From a virus: 64,000 bases of DNA. The notes under the pieces are model-generated. The model was not told the origin of the DNA. It ran no database searches and was given only the letters and a program-made list of their open reading frames with translations. This document shows positions 1-11,100 of the stretch, one piece after another. The stretch's first letter is position 1; every line of letters starts with the position of its first letter. The position numbers and the translations under genes are program-made. The stretch lies in the IMG/VR virus record IMGVR_UViG_3300033048_000096; one strand, 5' to 3'.

Positions 1-522
1 CAAAATATCTATATTCTTCCTGTAATGTGGGATGGAAACATTTAAAAATTTAAAGGAGCTTTTACTGTAAAGAAGATGCTTCGACTTGTCCTTGTAGTCA
101 TCTAAGGTAATTCCGTGAGGTATCACTATGCATTTCTCCTCCGGCCAACCTGAGTTCACAAACACTTCTTTCGAAAAGTTGCTCGATGGTAAGGCATAAT
201 CAATGCAATCTATCTTATCTCTCCAAACTGCTGGCAATATGCTCGTCTCGTAATTGTATATTGCCATTCTTATTTTAGAGCCTTTTCTGAATCTAGCAGA
301 AAAATTTCTTGGGGTAGTATAACAGATATCCATGTCTATATCGCTATTAGTTCTGTCTAATCTGTACTTTAACTCTCTGGGTATCAAAGAATTTCCATTC
401 GTTGTTTTTAGAAAAAGATTATGATTCATTTTTCTAAATTGTAACAATAAATTTCTCATAACTACTGCCCAGCTATGATGAGTGCCTAGCATGGTTTGCG
501 ATCTTATATTTATTTCGTTCAT
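1..522 (-). CDS. Glycosyltransferase, GT4/GT-B family (5' part; runs off the window edge)
   Basis: Not in the ORF track. Manual translation from ATG 522 is open to base 1: MNEINIRSQTMLGTHHSWAVVMRNL...YNYETSILPAVW...DYALPSSNFSKEVF...VIPHGI...FKFLNVSIPHYRKNIDIL, which carries typical GT4 motifs (PS.FSK, VIPHGI, RKN.D.L). Confidence 0.8.
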   Translation of the reverse strand, partial: MNEINIRSQTMLGTHHSWAVVMRNLLLQFRKMNHNLFLKTTNGNSLIPRELKYRLDRTNSDIDMDICYTTPRNFSARFRKGSKIRMAIYNYETSILPAVWRDKIDCIDYALPSSNFSKEVFVNSGWPEEKCIVIPHGITLDDYKDKSKHLLYSKSSFKFLNVSIPHYRKNIDIL

Positions 523-584
523 TTTCCCGCCATATCTAATAATACCCATATCGATAAAAATTATCTATTGTCATTTTGTAGCGC

Positions 585-3500
585 TTATGCTAGCGGAAAC
601 TCAAAGCTACATGAGAATGGACCTTCGATAAATGTACCTACAGCAGTCGAACCAGTGATAAAGAAGCACTCCTCCTCGTCACTCAGTATCTGATCATCAA
701 AGCATACGCCAATACCTAGCCTACTCAAATCCTCTATCGTTAGGTTCACATCCCGATTCTTGAATCCTGACTTCTTAAGATATATACCAAAATTAAGTAT
801 AGTTCTATTCCTTTCTACCAAGGCGTCAAACATTATATTTCTAGTATTAAATGTAGCTATTCCTGTCTCGGGATCTATAGATACTCCAACCTTAAATACA
901 ATTCCCGTGCTATCATCCTGATAAACAACAACCAAACTAATCGATGAGGATATGGTGAATGATGAATTAGCTACCAAATCCGGCTCGATTAAAAATCCTT
1001 TAATAAATCCAGGCAAATGTCCAAGCTGAGATAATAATCCCACAAAACTTGTAGTTATATCTATAGATATTGTATCTCCAACAATTATGGAGCCAGGAAC
1101 GAAACTCGTAACGAAAGAAGTATTCGTAACTAAAGGCACATTAAATATTCTACCTAAATTATCTGCATTTAATAGGTTTATTGGTATTATATTAAATGTG
1201 TCAGTTATGCTTGCAGTAGATTCAGACACGAATTCTAAGTTAGCAGATATTACCGTGGTTCTTCTTGGGAGATTAAAGGGGACAGTAATTGTCGCTCTAT
1301 CAGTAATTCCCGTTGCAAACACCTTGCCTATATCTAGACCAGTGACATTGTCATTTGAGGTATACTCTGATAACATGATAACTTCGGACAATCTAACGAA
1401 GAATGATACTCCTAATGTTGGGGAATTCTCTTGGGAAATCTCATAGCTCATCACTACGTCGCCTAATCCGGGCTGAACATCAGGGTTCGTACCTAACCTA
1501 ACATATTCACCAAATGACGACGCTGTTGACTCAGCTAATTTGTCAGGATTTAGATAGTATGCGGATACCACGTCATTAACTCTTCTCAATCTGAATGCTA
1601 TAGTGTCGCCCACTACATCTGGCGCGTCAATTTCAAAATTAAAGGTGCTTATAATAACAGATGCTGCATTTTGTATCACACCGCTATAAAACATTACAAC
1701 GTTATTGCCACCTACGGTTTTCCATCCGAATTTTAATGTCGAAACCGATGTGTCCGCGTTTGTTATCGTAAACGTAGCGAATGATGAAACAGTCCCATTA
1801 GTCAAAGACGAATCATCCCAGATAACTCTGGCTGCTTTAAAGTCTACGACAAAATCACCCGAAAAATTCTGAGAAATAACCGGAGAATCTAATCTACCAA
1901 ATCTCTCTCCAGAATTAGATGATGTTGTTAGGTCAAATATTGCCGGTTGATTTGAACCTGAAAGATTGGTTATATTAGTAATGGCCGAATCATTTAAAGC
2001 ATTTGCTGTCCAAGTATCGAATGACGTAAATGAATCATCTAAGAAGTTTTCGGAAATCGCTTCTACGTTAAACACAGTATCCTCAGAAGAACTAATCTCA
2101 GAATACCCATCAGAATATCCGTCAACCAACGCATCCACGCATATGCTGCTTACGGCGTTAGAGAACTTAACCCTACCCTTAGCTATGTCTGTGTCAAGCC
2201 CGACGTCGTCAAGGCCCACCAGAGTGCCGTCTGAGTACCTCATGGCAGCCATCCCGGATGCTGTATTGCAACTACCTGACTCGGCCTTCAAAAAGTTGTT
2301 ATATAGATCAATTGAGCAATCATCTATCGATCCCGCAGGTAGAGGCAACCTAATGTTCGTGTATTCAAAGTCACCAGGGTGAGGAATGCCAGGAGCCATA
2401 AGTATATTTCCGTTTGGCAAAAACAAATCACCAGGCAAATATGTTTGGTTCTTATATACAGGGCTGCACTCTTCGACTGGTAAACAATCTAATGACTCAC
2501 AATCCAATAATGTTCCTGAGTCTAATTCCAAGAAACTTACGCCCACATTTCTCCTCAAATCACATACGCTAACAAAATGCGGCTCAAATGGTGCCTCTAT
2601 ATAATCTATTTGATAATTCGCGGTAACGAAAGGTACATTGGTTAGGTTAGGGTTGTCAGCATATAAGTTAACTTTAGTGCCGCTAGTTATTATCGGATTG
2701 AAACCAACGTCTCCCGAGAAAATTACATCAGAACTGTCAGCATTCATTACGGTAAGTGTTAAGCTTATACCATCAGCCTCTACAATCTTAGATGTAATTA
2801 TATAATTACCGGCGTCAACCGATGGAGCAGGAATTGTAACTAAATCACCTAGCCTTACGCCCAGAGATTCATTGTTGGTTAATGTAACTAAACTTAAAGT
2901 GCTTGATCCAGCTGTCGTAACCCCGGTAAGAGCAACGTCAGTAAATATTACGGGATTATCAGATGAGGATAATATATTTTCAAGAACCAAGGTAAGTACT
3001 TTTATTTCCTCGGGAATAGAAAAGTTAATATATCCATCCACCGCGTCTTCTAGTAGTCCTATGTCAACTCCATCTATTGTCCCGTCATTATTCATATCTG
3101 ATTTAACGAAATCTAATACACTAAGTTCACCCCCTAAGATCGCCCTCTCTGTAACTTCTGAATTAATCGTATGCCCAACTATATCTAAAAGGCGAGATAA
3201 ATCTGATGCAGTTAATAATGAATCCGAGTCTAAGTCTCCAACCTTTACCGTGGAGCAATCCACTCTAGCTATTCTATATCTGGAATTACAATTGCAATCA
3301 GTATCTGGAGTTAAGATTCTATTAACTAAGTTTGAAGCTATGATGCTATTTCCGGGATCAAGAAGCATAACGCTATCTACTCCCACAAGTCCTGGCTTGT
3401 CGAATGTATCAATTATTGTCTGAGCGTCACGAACATTATTATCTTTAATTCTAGCAAGAACCAGCGGCGTCGTATCTGAACTTATTGTGTCAAGACCTGA

Positions 3501-5150
3501 CGAGCTAACTATAGATACTAATGGTGCATCAATTATTCTCGTAAACACACGGTTGTTGGTTCTGGGATGAACGTCTCCGTCAGAAAACTCTTCCTTCTGA
3601 GATAATATTACATAATTATTTGATCCCTCCGATACGGTACTCAATGTTATATTTTTTGCAAAATAAGATATCTCAGTGCTACCAACGAACTCTGTTGTTT
3701 TCTGAATAGTTACCGCAACACCCTGGTCAGTATATGCTGTCCCGTCTGTTACTTCTATTGAGTCCGAATGAATTACATGCCAAAGGGTTGATGACGAATC
3801 ATTAACATAACGCTTAGTTACTGGATCGTACTCAAGGTATTTTGATTGCTGCTTGCCGAACCTTTCAATAACCGTAAGCGGCACTCCATCATCAGATTTT
3901 TTAGCTACCTTGTTAAATCCCTTCTCTATAACTATAGTTCCTGTCCTGTTATCTCCTCTTCTGCTTACTACAAACGCATAATATTTATTTACCTCAAGTG
4001 ATGGACTTATATTTGGATCAGCGATTAGAGTTCCTGCAAAATTAATACTAACGGTCTGAGGTAGTTCGCTAAGCTCATAACCTAATGCCTCAAAGTCTTC
4101 CTGCCCAAATGAAACTTCAACTATCGGAGTTATTTCCGGATCAAAATCTATGAGATCATTAGGGACAGCATCAGTTGGGCAGTCAATCTCTGATATAAGC
4201 TCATGTATTGATACTACTAGATCACCAGAGTAGTTTAATTGGTTCTCCAAAGCTAGTGACGTATCTCTTTCTACAGATAGCAATAAATCAATTTTCTGAA
4301 TGTTATCAACTCGTGAAAGGAACTTTTGCCCATAAGATATAGATGTGGCTCCATCCTTAGGGAATGTAACTTTTTCCTTGCCAGAAAGTTCTATATACAA
4401 ATCATTTATTGTATTCAAAGAGCCCAAAGAAAGACTTATCTCATTCTCAATGCTCCTCGAAACGCTTGATGTTATAAAGTTAACCATATCAATATTTGGC
4501 GATTCTATCTCAAACGACATTCTGGTAGCTACATATACCTTGAGCGGCTCAGCTTCTCTGATTATCATGTATCCGCCAGAACCTGTTATTAAGTCTAGGC
4601 TCTCCTTAGAAGCTTCGGATTCCGTCTTTCCCGTTCCTCCAGAAAAATTATTAAAAAATACACCAATAATTGATGTGTAAAAGTTCTGCGAAATCATTTT
4701 AGTATTCTCGGCAAACTCAATAAACTCAGTTATAAGTTCACCCTGCTCGTTTATACCGTCAAAAGCTCTACCGAGAATCATGATTTTAGTCCTAACTCTC
4801 CCCTTTATGTCTGCATTCACTAAGTCAAATTCAATTCTGTTTCCACGAACAGTGTCGCTCGGACCAGAGTCTAATGATATACCCTTACCATCATAAGCTC
4901 CTGACTCAATATCTAATTGAGATGAGTTTGCACTTCCGTCAGATGTATTTGATCCTGGATTTCTGGTGTCAAGTAATATGACTTCTTCGAACGGAGAATT
5001 TTGTACAACTCCGCTGCCTTGAAAATCAACTACCAAGTTAGATACAATAGCGTTGTTATTTAACTGCTCAGTATCAAGATCCCTCTCAGTTACTCTCTGA
5101 CCATCATATATATTGACTCTTTTCGTAATCAAGCGATCTCTTTTTGCCAT
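585..5150 (-). CDS. Large baseplate/tail-fibre attachment protein with an internal dockerin-like (paired EF-hand) domain
   Basis: 1521 aa. N-terminal KRVNIYDGQRVTERDLDTEQ resembles baseplate-anchoring N-termini of contractile-tail fibre proteins. Contains GDLDSDSLLTASD...SDMNNDGTIDGVD. Follows the wedge genes. Confidence 0.65.
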   Translation of the reverse strand: MAKRDRLITKRVNIYDGQRVTERDLDTEQLNNNAIVSNLVVDFQGSGVVQNSPFEEVILLDTRNPGSNTSDGSANSSQLDIESGAYDGKGISLDSGPSDTVRGNRIEFDLVNADIKGRVRTKIMILGRAFDGINEQGELITEFIEFAENTKMISQNFYTSIIGVFFNNFSGGTGKTESEASKESLDLITGSGGYMIIREAEPLKVYVATRMSFEIESPNIDMVNFITSSVSRSIENEISLSLGSLNTINDLYIELSGKEKVTFPKDGATSISYGQKFLSRVDNIQKIDLLLSVERDTSLALENQLNYSGDLVVSIHELISEIDCPTDAVPNDLIDFDPEITPIVEVSFGQEDFEALGYELSELPQTVSINFAGTLIADPNISPSLEVNKYYAFVVSRRGDNRTGTIVIEKGFNKVAKKSDDGVPLTVIERFGKQQSKYLEYDPVTKRYVNDSSSTLWHVIHSDSIEVTDGTAYTDQGVAVTIQKTTEFVGSTEISYFAKNITLSTVSEGSNNYVILSQKEEFSDGDVHPRTNNRVFTRIIDAPLVSIVSSSGLDTISSDTTPLVLARIKDNNVRDAQTIIDTFDKPGLVGVDSVMLLDPGNSIIASNLVNRILTPDTDCNCNSRYRIARVDCSTVKVGDLDSDSLLTASDLSRLLDIVGHTINSEVTERAILGGELSVLDFVKSDMNNDGTIDGVDIGLLEDAVDGYINFSIPEEIKVLTLVLENILSSSDNPVIFTDVALTGVTTAGSSTLSLVTLTNNESLGVRLGDLVTIPAPSVDAGNYIITSKIVEADGISLTLTVMNADSSDVIFSGDVGFNPIITSGTKVNLYADNPNLTNVPFVTANYQIDYIEAPFEPHFVSVCDLRRNVGVSFLELDSGTLLDCESLDCLPVEECSPVYKNQTYLPGDLFLPNGNILMAPGIPHPGDFEYTNIRLPLPAGSIDDCSIDLYNNFLKAESGSCNTASGMAAMRYSDGTLVGLDDVGLDTDIAKGRVKFSNAVSSICVDALVDGYSDGYSEISSSEDTVFNVEAISENFLDDSFTSFDTWTANALNDSAITNITNLSGSNQPAIFDLTTSSNSGERFGRLDSPVISQNFSGDFVVDFKAARVIWDDSSLTNGTVSSFATFTITNADTSVSTLKFGWKTVGGNNVVMFYSGVIQNAASVIISTFNFEIDAPDVVGDTIAFRLRRVNDVVSAYYLNPDKLAESTASSFGEYVRLGTNPDVQPGLGDVVMSYEISQENSPTLGVSFFVRLSEVIMLSEYTSNDNVTGLDIGKVFATGITDRATITVPFNLPRRTTVISANLEFVSESTASITDTFNIIPINLLNADNLGRIFNVPLVTNTSFVTSFVPGSIIVGDTISIDITTSFVGLLSQLGHLPGFIKGFLIEPDLVANSSFTISSSISLVVVYQDDSTGIVFKVGVSIDPETGIATFNTRNIMFDALVERNRTILNFGIYLKKSGFKNRDVNLTIEDLSRLGIGVCFDDQILSDEEECFFITGSTAVGTFIEGPFSCSFEFPLA

Positions 5151-5189
5151 TTAAAAGCTCCGTACTTTCCTTTAAAAATTAATAGAGGA

Positions 5190-8100
5190 TTAACATTTGT
5201 TCTTCGTGAATTTAACCAAAGCATTGGTATGCGCAGGCTTTAATCTATTCACTAACTCAACTATTAAATCTTCAACTTCTCCGTCATTGATTCCGACAAC
5301 TTTATCAAAATTATCAAACACCTCAATGTCAAAATTATATATTCCACTTTTTGGATCTATAATCGTTGCGAACCTATCAATCTTTTTAATTTCTGCATCA
5401 AAATTAATAATTAATGTCGTTGCGTCATCTTCAACTACCTGAGATACGGTATTAAGGTTTGATGAATAATTAAGATCAATAGCATTACCACTAGAATCCT
5501 TTATCACGCCTCTAATTACTCTGCTAAATCTCACATTATCCATTCTTGCTCTTGAGCTATTGTCTCCGAAAATATCTGAACCCACAACTACCATGCCAAA
5601 CTCATCACTCAGAGGTATCGTAAACTTTTGATTTCTAAATTGTCCATCACCCTGAGCGTATTGACCGTAGATATATCCTGTACCATATATTATACCGGTT
5701 CCGTATAAAATAAGCCCACCTTCATTACCATCTGCGAATATTCTCATCGTGTCAAAACCTGACCCGCCAGTCCTATAAGTACACATTACTCTATGCCATG
5801 TGTTTTTCTTCCAATCAATATCTACTGATACTAAATTATCAATACCATTTGCTGTTATTCCAAATACGATTTGATTATTTTCATTTTTAAATATAGAGAA
5901 TCTGTCACCCTGAGATGATAAGGGTACATATGTTACTATCACATCTACATTCTTACCAGGAAGAGATTCTGACAAGAAAACTGTCTTGCCGCTCGCTGAT
6001 AATCTACTGGCTAAGCCGAAATCTTTATCAGTTCCCGTACCTCCCTCAAGAACACCTGATATATTACTTCTAGATACCTCATCAAATAAAATCGTTGAAG
6101 ACTCAGAAGAATCGTAAAATTTAGAAAACTCTTTATTTTTGTTTAGTAACTTAACACTTATGATTTCCCCGGCAGCATTGGGCAAATCTATTACCGTAGA
6201 TGTTCTTGACGCAACTCTCTCTCTTTTTGCAGAAAATATATCTACGTAATATCTCTTCTCTGAGTCTACGAAAGTATCTATCGCTGGACTTACCCAGAAT
6301 TCTATGGTTCCCTCATCCTTTCTAAACTTGCCATCATTATTTAAGAATCTAATGCCCATTCCGCTCGTGAAATTACCTGACTTTAAAAAAGAATCATTAA
6401 CGCTATTATCACTTTTTGGAAATTCCTCAACATTTCTATAGAAATCTGCTATATTAAATATCGGGCCGCCTTCAGCCTTATGAACCTCTGTAAATGTCTT
6501 GTTCGCCTCGGCCAAGTCAAATCCTTTGTTTATCATTTTTGAAGCAAATTCTGATGAATCATTAACTACCATTAATAAATCACTTCTTTCGGATGAGCTT
6601 AGTCTATATTTTAAATTATTCACTTCGTCTAAAAACTCGGAACTCCTAAGCCTTCTTGACTGAAGATCAATTGGGTTATCAAAAGGTATCAGAGTGAGAG
6701 TTTGACTGTCTGGGCAATTAGGTATGGATTTGTTAAAATCATCGGTAACACTTCTAGAACCTGAAGTGAATGATTCAGTTATTCTAGTGTCAGTTGACAT
6801 TTCAGATATAATTCTAAACTCATCTATTACGCCTCCAAATTGATTATCGCCATTCATATCTGAACCTATGTGTAGCTGGTTACCAACTGATGGCAAATTT
6901 AAATTTAAATATGCTGGATATTCCATCGAATATAATCCGGCATGAAGCTCGAACGGAAATGTACCTGCAGAACCTGCTGTGGTTAGCACGAAATGACCAT
7001 TCTTATAATCAAATATTTCCGCGCTGCTTCCTCCGTTATTAGATATAGTTACCGAATCAGTTTCTTTTAACTCTATTAAGGCAGCTTCAAAATAATCAGG
7101 ATCTATCACTATCAAACTACCATCCATTCTGGTTACACTCGTGAAAAACTTCGAACCATCTATGTTTCCGTTCTTGTCAATAAAGAATGTTTCTTCATTA
7201 ATACCATCTGTGGTTGTTCCGTAAACTGTTATTGTATTCGTCCCTCCACCCAAGGATCCATCTTGGTAACCATCTTCGTATCCGTCAAATTCACAATAAT
7301 TTACATTATCGGAATCGAAAAATAACATAAGAGTCCTTCCTAAATTCTGCTTACTAATAGCTCCAGACTCCGAAGATAGGTTATTTACGCAATTGACATT
7401 ATCAAAGGTTATATCAAAATCAATCTGATATCCTAACTCAGGCAACTGAATGGGATCTAATATACCAATAACTGTTCTTCCGAGAATTGTTCTTGTGATT
7501 AGAACATCCTCTAATGATACTGGCTCAACATTTCTAGACTTAATTACACTTTGGCCGCTAAATACATCTATGCCTGTAGCCGCACTTGATTGCGAACTTA
7601 TGTAGGATGAAGAAGAAAGATTTAACTTACTCCTGCAGTTTTCAAGATTTAATCCATATGTTTCTATATGAAGACTTATATCCGTATAATCAATCGTCGC
7701 TATATAGTTGCATAAACTGTCCTGACCAATGAACTCTATCAACCTAGTGTCTAGGTTAACTCTGAACTTAGGTTTAGTCACATTAGAACCTTTTATTATA
7801 TTTACATTCCCTGTCGATACAGAATAAAACACTCCGGACATCTCTGAACTAACTCCGTCCGGTGTAACTCTAAATATAGATAATCTGGAATTTCTAAGAT
7901 CAGTTAGTATAGGAGATTTTATGCCCGCTATTGGAGGGAATTCAAACTCGATATCTCCGGCAGATATTTCGAACGTAATTAAATCGACAGAAGAACCTCT
8001 CCCTAAAGTAATTTGATTGTCATCTATAACACTTCTTATTATGTACTCTCCACCAATTAAAGTGGGGGCCAAAGTTGAACCTGTAATAAGTATGCTCCGC

Positions 8101-11100
8101 CCTATCATATCCTGAGAGAATGCGGATGATGATGACTGAAATACCGAATTGCCGGCAGAAACCGTCCCGTCAGTATATTTATCGCAAAAACTTACGTCAT
8201 AAACCAAGAAGTCATATAGAACCTCCTTACTCACATCCCGGAACTTATCATTTAATTTTACAGGAACATTGCCGCCGAACTTGAATATATTTGGAGCCTC
8301 TTGACCATCTATAAATATATGCATCTCATCTTTCTCGTCAACAGAATTAAGCTTCCAGCTGGCTGCGATATGATGCAATTCTCCAGGGTTAAAATGCTTC
8401 ACACTTGTTGCTAAATTAAATTTCCCAACAGGCTTGGCTCTTGATAAACTGTCGTCAAATATTCTAAAGTTCAAAAAGCCTTTGCCATCTTTAAATATAG
8501 AAAATCTCTTGTCAGAAATAGACGCACCAGTATCAAGTAAGTATCTAGTTCTGTCAGAAGTTATAAACATCTCATCCACGCCTATAAAATCTGTGTACCC
8601 ATCATAAGCGTCTGTGTAACCGTCAACAAATGATGAATATCCATCTAGGTCATCTATGTTAAAGCAAAATTCAATTTTAGAATCTGTATTTATAAGAATG
8701 TCATTTGATTCAAGATATCCATCTCCATCAACCTGTATCCCCGAAAAAAATATTAAGTCAATATCTATAACGTTTGGTATGTTTTCAGAGTGAAATATCA
8801 ATGAATCGACCAGGTTAGAATCAAATAAGTAAACTGCTATGTTTGGACTTGAAAAATCAGAGGTTGCGTCGAAAACTGGTGTCATTAATTCCCCAAGGAG
8901 TAGTTGACTAACCAATAAGTTATCCACATATACTGTTATTATACCCGACTCTTCATCCTTCTCCACCTTATATTCATGAAAGTTTTGATCATTCCATATA
9001 TATGAAATTATATCTAATATTTGACCAGTTACTGAATCAATCACTAACACCAAAGGCTGACTGGAATCGCTAAATGCTAACGCTATCTTTATATCTATTT
9101 CTCCGTCGTTAAGATGAATAGGAGTTATTCCCGTTATGTTACCTGATACTGCGCCCGAGAATGAACCAGAACTTCCAGATGATATCCCTAAATCAACTTG
9201 AGATACTCTTAGCGATACTATATATTCGAAGTTACCGCCTGAACAAGGATTTTCTGTATAAACTAAGTTACCTAAAAAATTATCCTCTTCTACACAACTC
9301 ATCAAATCTTCCGACGGACCCATTCTATATATACCTGTGGATGTTCCAGTATCAAATGTACCATGCTTTCTCCAGTTACCCCTTTGCGTTTCTCTACCAC
9401 CTACTATTGTATTTATAAAGTCTGACTCCGAATCCTCAAGCTTTGACCATCCGAAATTCTCAAGCAATTCATTGCCGCAATATCTAAATGAATTATTACA
9501 TATAACCCCGAGATCACATCCGCCCTGAGACTCTTCCCTAAACGCTCTCGATACCGAAGAAAACTCACCATCAGTCGTAATTACACCAGAGAACTTATGG
9601 GTCGGGAAGAATGTGCTAAATACATTTGTATAATCATTTCCTGACAAGATGACGTCAGTCGGGCATGCTAAGCTTCGCGAAGACCTAGCTCTAAATATCC
9701 ATTGACCTATGTCGCTCGAAACTGGAGACTTACATAACTCATCAAACCATATAAATATACCATCTCCGGAGCTAGCATTAGGAGGCTCACCTACTGCAGT
9801 TAATGGATAATCATCCCTATTTATACTAAAGGAATTTCTTGTCGGACTAAAGCCTCCTCCTCCAATCTGTATGTCGCTAAGAGTATATCTGTTCTGTAAA
9901 GTTCCATTTCCCCTTAGAATATCTATGTTAGCTAAGGTTCTGCCGCCTAACATACCTATGATTACACCCCTCAACTCTTCAGAATCAATCGTTTGCCCAA
10001 ATGATAAGTTGCACGAATAGAATGAATCAGTGTAAAACATCCTGCTTCTAGCTCCATCTATCATTATATCAACAATATTGTCACATGGTGTTCTTACTAT
10101 CCCATACTCATGATAATTATTCCAATCTATAACATTTGACTTTATTAATCCGAATGCCTGAGCCGAGTTGCTGTAATCAGACTTGGTAACTACATCTACT
10201 GACTTAAAGAGAAGTCTTATCACTCCTGTTGGTAAGGCTGAGTTTATTTCTTCCGAACCCATCGCTGCCAAGGATGGGTTATTTATACCTAATCTCTTTA
10301 TAGATAATTTTTTAGCCGAGTCAGGGATCAAATTAGATATTAAATTATCAAAATTATCGTAAAACCCAATCACCTGATAAAAAATCCCCTCTCCATCAAC
10401 AAGTATGAATACCGAAGATAAATCATCGATTATATTAACGGATGATTTCATTGACGTAAAGTCAAACGCGGAATCAAGCTCGATCGTTACTGATAGATCA
10501 TTAAATTTTTCTAGCTGTGAAATTGTATTTTCTACATAACATTTGCACCCAGCTGTATAGTGAGGTCTGTTATATTTAGGTATATCCTCCGCATCTATAC
10601 TTAGTATTCCGCCATTACCTACAGCCGGAGAAACTACAAATTTAAATCCAGAAACCTCATTTAAGTTAATCGATATACCCGATGTTCTTTCTCCGTCAGG
10701 TATTATTAGCGAACCTATATTAAAAGCTATCGGAGGTGAAGAAATATCTACAGGCCAAGGACCGCCCACGAATGATCCAGGACCATGACAACCTACTATG
10801 AAAAATGTTTCATCCGGAATCTCACCTTCGCATAAAGCTATTGACTCTATGTTAGTTATGACACCTCTTAGATCATTAAAATGACTACCTACCAATCCAA
10901 CTCTTAATGTTGCGCTAAAGTCAGAGCTAATAAGCCTATCTAGATTTTCTTGAGCTTTGTAAAGACCGTATACGCCCACTGATAGTCCGTATTTTTCTGA
11001 AGAATCTGATCTGTAATTAAATATATTTGTACCTGAACCCAAAGAGTCAGATCCACCAACTAAATTACTGGAAGGAACTAGGGTCCAATTATTATCAGAA

